A DNA stretch of 64,000 nucleotides from an uncultured Acidobacteriota bacterium (lineage in GTDB: Bacteria; Actinomycetota; Acidimicrobiia; Spongiisociales; ZC4RG35): positions 5,331 through 69,330 of the forward strand of contig CAWKEI010000016.1 in assembly GCA_963848695.1 (NCBI GenBank). Direction: 5' to 3'. Within the stretch, counting starts at the first letter, position 1, and every line of letters starts with the position of its first letter. The notes under the pieces were generated by a model that had not been told where the DNA came from, did no database searches, and worked only from the letters and a program-made list of their open reading frames with translations. This document shows, piece by piece, positions 1 through 9,457 of the stretch. A program made the position numbers and the translations under genes.

Positions 1-115
1 GTCCATCGCCGATCGCGGCTATGTGCTCCAGACCGGGAAGATCGTGCTCAACGACACCTCGGAGGCATTGCTGGCCAACCCCCAGATGAGGGCGGCTTAT
101 CTAGGCGACGTCTGA
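1..115 (+). CDS. Branched-chain amino acid ABC transporter ATP-binding subunit (LivF-type), 3' end only
   Basis: Frame 2 reads SIADRGYVLQTGKIVLNDTSEALLANPQMRAAYLGDV*, the typical LivF C-terminus (ADRGYV..TG..AYLG). Confidence 0.85.
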   Translation, partial: SIADRGYVLQTGKIVLNDTSEALLANPQMRAAYLGDV

Positions 116-1344
116 TCTGACGGATCGAGCGTCGCCGGCTCCTCGTCGACGACTGACGGCATCTCCTGCGTGTCGAACAAACGGCTCTGATTGGGCTGAC
201 GGCGTCTGATTCCGGCGATGCGGTCGGGCGGCTCGGTGTACTCGATCATGTGCTGGCTCGCCTCGCCCCAGGTCTCTCCAAGCACCCTGGTTCGCCACAG
301 ATGGCCCACGATGATCCGGATCGCCGCAGTCATCGGCACCGCGACCAGGACACCGAGGAGACCGGCCACCGTGCCGCCGATGATCAGGGCGAGCACGATG
401 ACAAGGGGGGACAAATTGACCCGCGTTCGCTGCACTAGGGGGGTGATCACGTGATTGTCGAGCTGCTGGATCGCGATCATGATGAGCACCGCCCAGAACG
501 CCTGGGTCGGGTCGCCGTTGAGCAAGGCGACGAGTGCGGCCAGCGCGCCTCCGACCACTGGGCCAAGGAACGGGATCAGGTTGAGGAACCCGGCGATGAT
601 CCCGATCAGAAGCCAGAAGGGGAGGTCGATGAGCCACATCCCGAGGCTCGAGGCAAAACCGACGATGAATGCCACCAGCAGCTGGCCACGAACGAACGAA
701 CTGAGTGCCGTCCCCACCTCGCCCGAGACGAAGGCGAACTCCTCCCGGTGCTTGGGCGGAGTCATCTCCAGTGAGCTCGCCTTGAACCGCTCCAAGTCGA
801 TCAGGATGTAGAGCGCCAGGATGGGGGCGAGACCGAGCACGGCGACAGCCTCGGCCACTCCCCGGATCACCAGACCGGCCCCGGCTCCGAACCCGAGGAG
901 AAGGTTCTGCACCGTCTCCTGATTGGCCGGGTCGTTGAGCCAAGCCTCGATGGCCTCCTGGCTGAGCAATTCGTCGACGTCCAGTCCGAGATTGGCGCCG
1001 ACATCCCGGACCCAGTTGATCCCGGCCAGGTAGAGATCCGGAAGCTGTTGGCCGAACTCGGCCGCCTGCTCCCTGATTGTGGGGAAAACAAGGACTCCAA
1101 CCGCGATGAACACCCCGATGAGCCCGAGCAGAGCCAGCACGGCGGCCACCGGCCGGGGCAGTTTCATCCGCTCGAGGGCGCGGACGAGTGGCTCGAGAAG
1201 AAAGACGATCCCGGCTCCAAAAGCGATGGGAAGCCAGACAACGCGAATCGACCCGGCGACAAAGAGCAGGACATAGCCGAGTGCGAAAGCCCCCACCGCA
1301 GTCCAGACGATCAAAGCGGCGCGTCTCAGCCGTTCAGAGGGCAC
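97..1344 (-). CDS. AI-2E (PerM/TqsA) family transporter
   Basis: 415 aa, multi-TM, motifs FVRGQLLVA, NLIPFLGP, QQLDNHVITPLV, GLLGVLVAVP; TACACT -10 lies 6 nt before the GTG (leaderless). Confidence 0.9.
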   Translation of the reverse strand: MPSERLRRAALIVWTAVGAFALGYVLLFVAGSIRVVWLPIAFGAGIVFLLEPLVRALERMKLPRPVAAVLALLGLIGVFIAVGVLVFPTIREQAAEFGQQLPDLYLAGINWVRDVGANLGLDVDELLSQEAIEAWLNDPANQETVQNLLLGFGAGAGLVIRGVAEAVAVLGLAPILALYILIDLERFKASSLEMTPPKHREEFAFVSGEVGTALSSFVRGQLLVAFIVGFASSLGMWLIDLPFWLLIGIIAGFLNLIPFLGPVVGGALAALVALLNGDPTQAFWAVLIMIAIQQLDNHVITPLVQRTRVNLSPLVIVLALIIGGTVAGLLGVLVAVPMTAAIRIIVGHLWRTRVLGETWGEASQHMIEYTEPPDRIAGIRRRQPNQSRLFDTQEMPSVVDEEPATLDPSDQTSPR

Positions 1345-1365
1345 GGTTTGAGTGTAACTAGTGGG

Positions 1366-2229
1366 TCACTGACGCTCGATGACAGTGAGGGTCGACCCCT
1401 CGCCCACCGAGATCACCCACCCCGGGCCCGGCGTGGGGCTCTCGAACCCGTCGTCGCTCGCCACCCAGCCATCGGGAACGGACGCCTGGCCCACCACCCG
1501 GACCGGAATCCCGGCGGGAACGCTTATCTCGAAGACCCCAGAGACCGTCACCACCACGTCTTCCGTGGATGCGCCCAACGACGCGAGGCCCTCGCCATCC
1601 AGCTGCAGGGAGGAAAGTCGAAGCCGGCTGAGATCGGCCTCCACCTCGCCCCCGAGGGAGAGACTCCATAGAGGAGCCTCATCGAGATCCAGCTCCCACC
1701 CGTCGAACGTGTAAAGGCCAGGATCGGCGGCGGGCTCGAGGGCGACTGCGATGTTGGGGCCCTGCAGTTGTTCGACCGCCACCGGAGGCCCGATGTCACC
1801 GCCGCGTCGCACCGGCTCGACTGAGTACAAGAAACCCGATTGGCCGGTGCTCACCTCGACCGGGCCCTCGATATGGGCGGACAGGGCACCAGTTGACACG
1901 GAACCGGCCTGGGGCCCGTTGAGACCGACGGAGGCCGATGGCATGACCGCCCAACCGCGGAGATGCCCGGCGATGAAGACACCCAGGACCACCACGGAGA
2001 GAATCGCCACCAGACCGGTGAGACGGACTCTTCCCCACCGGCGCCCCCTGGCGAGGAAACCGATGACCAGCAGGGCGAGCCACACCGGCCACCAGGCAAG
2101 GAGATCGACCAGCACCGACTTGCTCAGGTACTCGAGCGCTATCGCACCGAGGACGAGAACGAGGGCCAACACCGGGAAGACCCACGCCTTGGGAACCCCC
2201 CGGCGTGAGCCACCGGCGCGATGGGTCAT
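1366..2229 (-). CDS. Hypothetical membrane protein (LiaI/LiaF-like N-terminal TM segments plus beta-rich C-terminal domain)
   Basis: Three N-terminal hydrophobic helices with WWPV motif, then a soluble beta-rich region; start overlaps the upstream stop (ATGA). Confidence 0.6.
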   Translation of the reverse strand: MTHRAGGSRRGVPKAWVFPVLALVLVLGAIALEYLSKSVLVDLLAWWPVWLALLVIGFLARGRRWGRVRLTGLVAILSVVVLGVFIAGHLRGWAVMPSASVGLNGPQAGSVSTGALSAHIEGPVEVSTGQSGFLYSVEPVRRGGDIGPPVAVEQLQGPNIAVALEPAADPGLYTFDGWELDLDEAPLWSLSLGGEVEADLSRLRLSSLQLDGEGLASLGASTEDVVVTVSGVFEISVPAGIPVRVVGQASVPDGWVASDDGFESPTPGPGWVISVGEGSTLTVIERQ

Positions 2230-2783
2230 TCCGCGTAGCCGGCGCCCAGCACGAGCACTACATCTGCGCCCGTCTCCAGAGCGGGGTCCGGGAGGGGCTC
2301 GACCAGTGCCCCGGGCAGAAATGCCAGGAGGGCATTGGCCTCTGCCGCGAAGCCCTCCCGGTACCAGACCCGAGAGGGATCTTGTGCGGGCTCGAGGTCG
2401 TCGGCCTGCTGAGTCTGATATCCGCCGTCTGCCAGCTGCTGGGTCAGCCGACCGGCAGCGCCGGCTAGGCCGATCGAGTTGAGGACCACGACCCGCACCT
2501 CGTCGGGCGGCCGCACCGGGACCGCGGTCGTGTCCGCGGCCGCAGAAGTCGTCGTCGAGCCTGGCGTGGTGGTCGTGGTCGTCGACGGATCGCTCGTGGC
2601 AAGGACGCTGGTGGAAGTCGACGCAGCGAGTGTGGTGTCGGCAGCCACAGGATCGTCGTTGCCGGCAAGCAAGAAGAGGATGAGGAAAACGGCAGCTCCG
2701 ACCAAGACGATGCCGGCGATCATCATCGCCAGATCGCGATTGAACGAGTCGGTTTCCTCGGAGGCGTGGCGACCACGACTCAA
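2226..2783 (-). CDS. LytR C-terminal domain protein (VirR/Rv0431-like)
   Basis: TM helix, Thr-rich linker, then VRVVVLNSIGLAGAAGR...ADVVLVLG; TTG start overlaps the upstream TGA. Confidence 0.85.
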   Translation of the reverse strand: MSRGRHASEETDSFNRDLAMMIAGIVLVGAAVFLILFLLAGNDDPVAADTTLAASTSTSVLATSDPSTTTTTTPGSTTTSAAADTTAVPVRPPDEVRVVVLNSIGLAGAAGRLTQQLADGGYQTQQADDLEPAQDPSRVWYREGFAAEANALLAFLPGALVEPLPDPALETGADVVLVLGAGYAE

Positions 2784-3013
2784 GACGCTGCCTCCTCTTC
2801 GCCGTGGTCGGCCTCGATCACTGCCCTGACCCGGGCAACGGTCAGCGGATCGAAACGGGATGCGCCGGGCAGACCCACGATCCTTATCAGTCGTTGGTAG
2901 TAGTCGGAGGCGGTGAGGCCCAGCACATGCTCGATCACCAGATCCTTCGGACCGGGTTGAAGCCACCAATTGCTCTCGAACTCGAGGATGGACCGATCCT
3001 CGTCACTCAACAT
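2780..3013 (-). CDS. DUF3263 family protein (Rv0430-like)
   Basis: MLSDEDRSILEFESNWW..GPK..I...LGL...YYQRL..FDPLTVAR matches DUF3263; paired with LytR_C as in other actinobacteria. Confidence 0.85.
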   Translation of the reverse strand: MLSDEDRSILEFESNWWLQPGPKDLVIEHVLGLTASDYYQRLIRIVGLPGASRFDPLTVARVRAVIEADHGEEEAAS

Positions 3014-3109
3014 GACGATGAGGGTATTTGTGGACCATGTGTTTGTTGAGGATTTGAGAGACCGATCTCTCTGCGAACGCAACCGGCTTGGATCGGTAGC
3101 CTCGATGGG

Positions 3110-3427
3110 ATGGATGACAAACAGAAGATGCCCACCGTGATGAGGGACATCTGGAGACTGGTTCTGGCGGTCATCGGCGTGGTCGCGATCGTCCAGGAAC
3201 TTCGCAAGCCGCCAGACGAGAGAACCTGGCACGGGAAAGTCGCTGACTTCGTGCCCTACGACTTCCGGGTCCCGACCGTCGAGCGAGTTCGGAACACCTA
3301 CTGGAATCCGGAAGGTCCCATCCTTTCAGGGAAGGTGTTCGGCGTCGGCTGGGCGCCCAACTTCGGCGCCCTGACGTCATTGTTTGGGAAGCGGACAGAA
3401 GTTGAGCCAAGTCCTGCTGATTCGTGA
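3110..3427 (+). CDS. Small membrane-associated hypothetical protein (DUF5808-like)
   Basis: N-terminal hydrophobic segment plus VPYDFR.PT..R....WNP....KVFGVGWAPN; the start may be the ATG at 3140. Confidence 0.65.
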   Translation: MDDKQKMPTVMRDIWRLVLAVIGVVAIVQELRKPPDERTWHGKVADFVPYDFRVPTVERVRNTYWNPEGPILSGKVFGVGWAPNFGALTSLFGKRTEVEPSPADS

Positions 3428-3443
3428 CCAGCCAGGCGAGGTT

Positions 3444-3519
3444 TGGAGCCGGGTACCGGAATCGAACCGATGACCTGCTGTTTACAAGACAGCTGCTCTA
3501 CCGACTGAGCTAACCCGGC
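3444..3519 (-). tRNA. tRNA-Thr(TGT)
   Basis: GCCGGGTTAGCTCAGTCGGTAGAGCAGCTGTC-TTGTAA-ACAGCAGGTCATCGGTTCGATTCCGGTACCCGGCTCCA; full cloverleaf with encoded CCA. Confidence 0.97.
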
Positions 3520-4277
3520 GAGAGGTCAGATTGTAGGGAGAGGCCGCCGTCACCCCTGACCCGCATGATCTCGAAACAGGCCAGCGCAGCCGACACCGAG
3601 GCGTTGAGACTCTCGAAGCTGGCGGCCATGGGAATCGAGGCCAGCAGGTCACACCGCTTGGCGGTGAGGACGCTGAGCCCAGCCCCCTCGGCGCCAACTA
3701 CCACCGCAACCGGCTCGGTGAGCAGCTCCAAGCCAAACAACGATTTCGGGGCTCCAGCTTCCAGCCCAACGATCCACATGCCGCGCTCCTTGAGCCGGCT
3801 CAACGCTTCGGGGATGGAACCCACGACTGACACCCTCAGTTTCTCCAGTGCACCTGCAGCCGCCTTGAAAGCTGCAGCCGATAGCGGCGCGGCCCGTCTC
3901 GACGACACCACCATCCCCGTCATCCCCGAAGCAAGGGCGCTGCGGGCGATCGCGCCGACGTTGTGGGGGTCTTCGATGTGGTCGAGCACGACGACAGCCG
4001 CGGCGGGCTGACCGAGGTCGTCGAGCGTGGCCGGTGTGATCGGGGCGCAGTCGGCGATGACACCCTGAGGGGTTTCGGTCTCAGCCATCGACCGCACGTC
4101 CCGAACCACGACGGTCCTTTGCCGGCCAACGATGCCGACGATCTCGCTGACCTCGGACCGGCCCATCCGTCTTTCCTCGACCCAGAGCTTGCGGACCCGG
4201 CCCGCGGCGGCCGCCGCGGCAACCGAATGAACCCCCTCGACCCTATTTCCGTAGCCAGCGAGTGCCATCCGGGCCAT
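3510..4277 (-). CDS. rlmB: 23S rRNA Gm2251 methyltransferase (SPOUT/TrmH family)
   Basis: LDHIEDPHNVGAIARSA, VVGAEGAGL, ESLNASV motifs; downstream of cysS. Confidence 0.93.
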   Translation of the reverse strand: MARMALAGYGNRVEGVHSVAAAAAAGRVRKLWVEERRMGRSEVSEIVGIVGRQRTVVVRDVRSMAETETPQGVIADCAPITPATLDDLGQPAAAVVVLDHIEDPHNVGAIARSALASGMTGMVVSSRRAAPLSAAAFKAAAGALEKLRVSVVGSIPEALSRLKERGMWIVGLEAGAPKSLFGLELLTEPVAVVVGAEGAGLSVLTAKRCDLLASIPMAASFESLNASVSAALACFEIMRVRGDGGLSLQSDLSPG

Positions 4278-5634
4278 CCTCCAGCATCACCCCGGCGGCC
4301 TCCAGCCCATCCCGAATGGCATCGGCATCCTCGAATCGCCGCTCATCCCGGGCCTGAGCACGAAGCTCGACCAGTCGATCGACCACCTCGTGGCCATCTC
4401 CCTCTACGCCGAACCGGGCGGGGAGATCGCCTAGGTCCAACGAGGTCTCGATGGGCATCGAAGCATCGTCGAGACCCAGCACCTCCACGATCACCTCCAC
4501 CGCGCCTGCAATGGCGCCCGCATCGCCCCCCGCGTCGAGGAGCCGATTTCCCTCCCTCACCAAGTCGAAGAGCTGGGACACAGCGAGGGGGGTGCCGAAG
4601 TCATCGTCCATCGCCTCCCGGAAGCGGGTGACGGCCTCCATGTCGGGATCTCCCGCGATCGCCCGGTCACGGAAACGCTGGAGACGGTCGAGCGCGTCCT
4701 CTGACTCGGCCAGCAGCTCGTCGGAATACTCGATCGGGGACCGGTAGTGCGCTCGAGTCAGGAGGAGGCGCAGGGCGCGGCCACCGTGCTTCTCCGTGAT
4801 CGAGGCGAGATCGACGAGGACACCGGTGGACTTGGCCATTTTCTCGCCGCCGAGGTTCACCATCCCGTTGTGCAGCCAATACCTGGCGAAGGTGGAGCCC
4901 GAGGCACCCTCACTTTGGGCAATCTCGTTCTCGTGATGGGGGAAAACGAGGTCGCTGCCGCCGCCGTGGATGTCAAAGCCCTCGCCGAGATACTTGGTCG
5001 CCATCGCCGAGCACTCGATGTGCCAACCAGGTCTTCCCGCACCCCAAGGCGAGTCCCACCACGGCTCTCCCGGCTTGGCCGCCTTCCACAACGCGAAATC
5101 GAGGGGGTCGTGCTTCGACTCCCCAACCTCGATCCGGTAGCCCGATCGGAGCTCGTCTGGGTTCCGACCCGACAGTTTGCCGTAGCTCTCGTCGGACCTG
5201 ACTGAGAAGTAGACGTCCCCGTCCGATGCGTAGGCGAGACCGCGGTCGACCAGCACCTGGATCAGATCGATGATCTCCGGGATGTGCTCGGTGGCTTTCG
5301 GCTCGAGGTCAGGGGAAAGAACGCCGAGAGCCTCGTAGCCGGCGGCAAATCGGGCCGCCATCCGCACCGCCAGCACTTCGACGTCTTCCCCACTCTCGGC
5401 CGCGGCAGCGATGATCTTGTCCTCGATGTCAGTGACGTTGCGGACGTAGGTCAACTCGTAACCGCTCCAGGCCAGATACCGCCGAATCACGTCGAAAGCG
5501 ACCGCCGAGCGCCCATGACCGACGTGGGGCTCGCTCTGGACGGTTGGTCCGCACACGTATATCGCAGCCTTTTCCTGGTCCCTCGGTTCGAAGGGGACCA
5601 CGGCGCGGTGAATCGTGCTGTAGAGGCGGAGCAT
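4243..5634 (-). CDS. cysS: Cysteinyl-tRNA synthetase
   Basis: [43 protein letters not shown]. Confidence 0.98.
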   Translation of the reverse strand: MLRLYSTIHRAVVPFEPRDQEKAAIYVCGPTVQSEPHVGHGRSAVAFDVIRRYLAWSGYELTYVRNVTDIEDKIIAAAAESGEDVEVLAVRMAARFAAGYEALGVLSPDLEPKATEHIPEIIDLIQVLVDRGLAYASDGDVYFSVRSDESYGKLSGRNPDELRSGYRIEVGESKHDPLDFALWKAAKPGEPWWDSPWGAGRPGWHIECSAMATKYLGEGFDIHGGGSDLVFPHHENEIAQSEGASGSTFARYWLHNGMVNLGGEKMAKSTGVLVDLASITEKHGGRALRLLLTRAHYRSPIEYSDELLAESEDALDRLQRFRDRAIAGDPDMEAVTRFREAMDDDFGTPLAVSQLFDLVREGNRLLDAGGDAGAIAGAVEVIVEVLGLDDASMPIETSLDLGDLPARFGVEGDGHEVVDRLVELRAQARDERRFEDADAIRDGLEAAGVMLEDGPDGTRWLRK

Positions 5635-5644
5635 CGCCGAAATC

Positions 5645-6136
5645 CTACGGCAGGGCGTTGACCGTGACCACAGCGACGGCAGCCAGCCCTTCGCCGCGCC
5701 CGATGAATCCCAACCCGTCGGTCGTGGTCGCCTTCACCGAGACCAGGTCGACGGCGATGCCAAGCGCTCGCGCCAGATTGGCCCGGATCTCGGCCCGGTG
5801 TGGGGCGATGCGAACACCCTCGACGACGACGGTTGCGTCGACGTGCCAGACCTGCCATCCGGCGGCGACGGTCATCACGGCGGCCTGCCCGAGCAGATCG
5901 AGGGATGGAGCGCCGATCATCGCCGGGTCATCTGACGGAAAATGCTCTCCGATATCGGAGAAGACGCCTGCCCCAAGGACGGCGTCCGTCACCGCGTGCG
6001 CCAGGACGTCGCCGTCAGAGGTGGCCGTGACCCCGAGAGTGTCCGAGACGTTGACGCCGCCGATGATCAGCGGAGGCTCCCCGTCGAGGGGATGGGCATC
6101 GAAACCCCAGCCGACCCGGGTGCCGACGACCGGCAT
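5645..6136 (-). CDS. ispF: 2-C-methyl-D-erythritol 2,4-cyclodiphosphate synthase
   Basis: G.GFDAH, SDGDVLAHAVTDAVLGA, DIGEHFP, VSVKATTTDGLGFIGRGEG. Confidence 0.95.
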   Translation of the reverse strand: MPVVGTRVGWGFDAHPLDGEPPLIIGGVNVSDTLGVTATSDGDVLAHAVTDAVLGAGVFSDIGEHFPSDDPAMIGAPSLDLLGQAAVMTVAAGWQVWHVDATVVVEGVRIAPHRAEIRANLARALGIAVDLVSVKATTTDGLGFIGRGEGLAAVAVVTVNALP

Positions 6137-6305
6137 TTAGCGGCCCGTCGGCCAAAGACTGATGGCGCCTCTCCGGCCCTCGAGGCCCCTGACTGCGTCG
6201 AAGTGCTCGCCGCAGCGCCCCGGCTGCGACTGCGCTCTTCTCCTTGCCAGATGACCCCGATGACTCGGAGATACGCGCACCCTATTTGACCGACAGACCA
6301 CTAAC

Positions 6306-6818
6306 TCATTCCTCGTCCGCTTCGACCTTGGGCAGGGCCCGGTCCAGCCGCTTGATCGCCTCCTCCTCGTCGATCTCGAGACTGAAGGCCAACTCCGAGC
6401 TGAGGGTGAGACGCGCCTTGGACAGCATCCGCTTGAGAGCGGGGCTGATCCCCTTGGTCTGCTGGGCATACGACAGATCACGGACGACCTCGGCGACCTG
6501 AAAGATGTCCCCCGAGGTCATCTTCTCGTTGAGGACCTTGTACCAGCGGCTCCAGTTCGAGCCCGCCTCCTCCGGCTCCCCTTTGAGCGATTTGAGGACG
6601 TCGCGAGACTTGGTCTTGGAGATCACCGGGCGGATCAGGTCCTCGACCTTGTCGAGGGGGACCATCACCGTGAGCTGCTCGGTGGCGATATCGAGGACGA
6701 AGTAGTCCTGCTTCTTGCCTCCGAAAGACTGTCTGACCTTTTTCTGGATGGTGGCCGCCCCGTGTTGGGGATGCACCACTTTGTCGCCTACCGAGTATTT
6801 GGACGCTGTTGATGCCAT
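6306..6818 (-). CDS. carD: CarD family transcriptional regulator
   Basis: VGDKVVHPQHGA..., NWSRWYK, SGDI.QVAEVVRDL; lies downstream of disA. Confidence 0.93.
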   Translation of the reverse strand: MASTASKYSVGDKVVHPQHGAATIQKKVRQSFGGKKQDYFVLDIATEQLTVMVPLDKVEDLIRPVISKTKSRDVLKSLKGEPEEAGSNWSRWYKVLNEKMTSGDIFQVAEVVRDLSYAQQTKGISPALKRMLSKARLTLSSELAFSLEIDEEEAIKRLDRALPKVEADEE

Positions 6819-6849
6819 TTGCGGGGGCGGAGTGTACCGGTGCCGGTAC

Positions 6850-7920
6850 TCAATCCAGCACTGGCTCCCATTCGTCCACGTTGTCCCGCAAACGGTCGAA
6901 GAAGGCCCGCAGCTGTCCGGCCCGGGTCTCACCGACCCCCTCCACCGACAGCAATTCGTCGACGCGGGCTCCGAGAAGAGAGGCGGCGGAACCGAAGTGC
7001 CGGATGATGTCGTCCCGGACCGGGTCAGGGAGCCGGCCGACTTGTGAGAGCAATCGATAGCCGCGGGGGTCGGCAGGGTCGTCGAGGTCGGGGAAACCCA
7101 TCTCCTTGCCAATGCGACTCGGATCCTCCAAATCGGTGCCAGCCATCGCGCTGAGATCTTCCATCGCCTGGCGGATGTTGCTGTTGCGGAGAGGTTTGAT
7201 GTAGTCCCTGAGCACGGCTCTCTTGGTGAAGTCCACCCCGGAAAGGAGATCGTGCAGCTGGAGATAGACGATTCGCCCTTCCTCACCGAGGGTCAAGGTG
7301 CGTGCCTCGACGACGCGGCCCAACCGCTCCACCAGCTCGGCGCGCTGGAGCACGGTGACCGCCGACCGGTAGGTGGCCAATCCGGCGACCTCGAGACGGG
7401 TCAATTTGCTCTCGGCATCATCGAGACGACTGCGCAGACGATCGAGGCTCTGCAGCTCCTGGTTGACATGGGCTGCGACCTCGGTGGGAGAGGCGAGCTC
7501 GATCTTCTGCCCCCCATAGAACAGCGTGGCCACCTTGCGCCCTTCGCTCACCGCGACCACCGGCTTCCCGGTCTGGACCGCCATCCTCTCTGCTGTGCGG
7601 TGGCGGGCCCCGGTCTCGTCGGTCGGGATCGAGCCGTCCGGTATGAAGTGGACGCCTGCTTCGAGGATATTCGACCACGAGTCGTCGAGAACGATCCCCC
7701 CGTCCATCTTGGACAGCTCGGCAAGACGGGCCGGGCTGAAAATGGCGCCCTTCAAGGCAAAGCCGCCGGAGCTGGCCTCATTCACCTGAGCGCCATCGCC
7801 CAGCACGACCAGGCCTCCCTTGCCCTGCTGGATGATCCGCTCGAGGGCTCGACGCATTGGCGTCCCCGGAGCCAATCGTTCGAGTGTCTCGGTTATCGAC
7901 GGTCCACCCACAGATGTCAC
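6850..7920 (-). CDS. disA: DNA integrity scanning diadenylate cyclase
   Basis: LAPGTPMR, ELSKMDGG, ETGARHRTAER, VSE, C-terminal HhH (VEGVGETRA). Confidence 0.95.
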   Translation of the reverse strand: MTSVGGPSITETLERLAPGTPMRRALERIIQQGKGGLVVLGDGAQVNEASSGGFALKGAIFSPARLAELSKMDGGIVLDDSWSNILEAGVHFIPDGSIPTDETGARHRTAERMAVQTGKPVVAVSEGRKVATLFYGGQKIELASPTEVAAHVNQELQSLDRLRSRLDDAESKLTRLEVAGLATYRSAVTVLQRAELVERLGRVVEARTLTLGEEGRIVYLQLHDLLSGVDFTKRAVLRDYIKPLRNSNIRQAMEDLSAMAGTDLEDPSRIGKEMGFPDLDDPADPRGYRLLSQVGRLPDPVRDDIIRHFGSAASLLGARVDELLSVEGVGETRAGQLRAFFDRLRDNVDEWEPVLD

Positions 7921-7996
7921 AGTAGTTGATCGGCAACTTGCGCCGTCCGGGTGAGTGGCATCTAAACCGCGGCGGAAACCTCGTTCGGCCGGCCAA

Positions 7997-9286
7997 TCAA
8001 GTAAGACCTGCGTCGGTCAGCGCCTCCCTCAGACGAAGCGGCTTGCCACCGATCGGGGCGATCCGATTCTCCAGCCCCATTCGGTCCAGCTCCTCGATCC
8101 GGCGCACCTCCATCGGTATCGAACGGACCTCCCCGGCGAGGCCGATCTCGCCCCAGGCGGCCATACGTCCCAAGGGCCGGTCCGAGTAGGACGAAGCGAC
8201 CGCCAAGGCTATGGGTAGGTCGCAACCCGGTTCGTCGAGCCGCCAACCGCCGACCACGTTCACATAGACCTCTTTGTCGTGGAGGACGAGCGAGCTGTGG
8301 CGATCCAGCACCGCCAGGACCTGATTGACCCTCGTCGGATCCAGGCCACGAATCGACCGGCGAGGCTGCGCCTGATTGGTGGGTGAGACCAAAGCCTGGA
8401 TCTCCACCAGGATCGACCGCCTCCCCTCCACCGCCGGATAGATGACCGTGCCGGGCACATCCGACTCCCATCCGTCGAGAAAGAGCTTGGAGGGATCGTC
8501 CACCTCGGTCAGGCCCTCGCTTCTCATGTCGAACATGCCGGAGACGTGGGTGGCGCCGAAGCGGTTCTTGATGCTCCGCAACACCCTGAACCCACGATCG
8601 GGATCACCTTCGAGGTAGAGAACGACGTCGACCATGTGCTCGAGCATCTTCGGGCCGGCCAGGCCACCCTCCTTGGTGACGTGGCCAACCAGGACCACCC
8701 CCACCCCGGTGGTCTTGGCCAGGCGGACGAGCCTGGCCGCGCTCTCCCGAACCTGGGCCACCCCGCCCGGGGCAGCTCCGATTTCGGGGACGCCAACCGT
8801 CTGGATCGAATCCACGATGAGCAGACTGGGGCGATCCCGCTCGGCGACGGCGACGATGGCATCGACGTCGTCATCACTCACCAGACTGATCCCCTCCTCG
8901 ACAATGCCCAGGCGGCCCGCGCGCATCGCCACCTGGTCGGCCGACTCCTCGGCGCTGGCCACGATCACCGAATCGCCCCTGCCGGCCATGGACCCCGCCA
9001 ATTGGAGCAAGAGCGTCGACTTGCCAACTCCGGGCTCACCGCCGAGGAGCAGCACCGACCCGCTCACCAGCCCGCCACCGAGCACCCGGTCGATCTCCCC
9101 CCACCCGGTCGCCCGCCGTTCGTTGGCGACCTGTGAGGCGGACCTCAGCCCGACCGCTTCGGCCGCCCTCGCCTTGCCGCGCACCTCGCCCCCGACCTCG
9201 GCCAGCGGCTCATCCGAACCGCATTGGGGGCAGAATCCCATCCATTTGGCGGACCGATGGCCGCAATTCTCACATCGAAATGCCAT
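7997..9286 (-). CDS. radA: DNA repair protein RadA/Sms
   Basis: C4 zinc finger, GEPGVGKST, KNRFG, Lon-like C-terminal domain. Confidence 0.97.
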   Translation of the reverse strand: MAFRCENCGHRSAKWMGFCPQCGSDEPLAEVGGEVRGKARAAEAVGLRSASQVANERRATGWGEIDRVLGGGLVSGSVLLLGGEPGVGKSTLLLQLAGSMAGRGDSVIVASAEESADQVAMRAGRLGIVEEGISLVSDDDVDAIVAVAERDRPSLLIVDSIQTVGVPEIGAAPGGVAQVRESAARLVRLAKTTGVGVVLVGHVTKEGGLAGPKMLEHMVDVVLYLEGDPDRGFRVLRSIKNRFGATHVSGMFDMRSEGLTEVDDPSKLFLDGWESDVPGTVIYPAVEGRRSILVEIQALVSPTNQAQPRRSIRGLDPTRVNQVLAVLDRHSSLVLHDKEVYVNVVGGWRLDEPGCDLPIALAVASSYSDRPLGRMAAWGEIGLAGEVRSIPMEVRRIEELDRMGLENRIAPIGGKPLRLREALTDAGLT

Positions 9287-9304
9287 GCTTTTCCCTCGTC
9301 CCGG

Positions 9305-9427
9305 TTAACGATTGCGCCGCTGAACGACGAAAATCAAGGCAGCCACAAGTGCCATGAACACGATCGTCGAGGTCAGGATTGAGGCGATCGTCCAGGGCTC
9401 ATGAGTTCTAATCGCCCACAGAAACAT
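9305..9427 (-). CDS. Putative 40-aa single-pass membrane small protein (not in the ORF track)
   Basis: MFLWAIRTHEPWTIASILTSTIVFMALVAALIFVVQRRNR*; long hydrophobic stretch and basic tail; fills the radA upstream gap. Confidence 0.55.
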   Translation of the reverse strand: MFLWAIRTHEPWTIASILTSTIVFMALVAALIFVVQRRNR

Positions 9428-9457
9428 CCCATGGCACAATAACTACGAAGGAGGGAT

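Noticed and set aside
6137-6481. 114-aa ORF between carD and ispF
   Set aside because: Overlaps carD out of frame, has Arg/Ser-rich non-protein-like composition and no SD
7700-7712. DisA DGG instead of the canonical DGA motif as a sign of inactivity
   Set aside because: The catalytic Asp-Gly and the RHR motif are intact; a conservative change is not enough evidence
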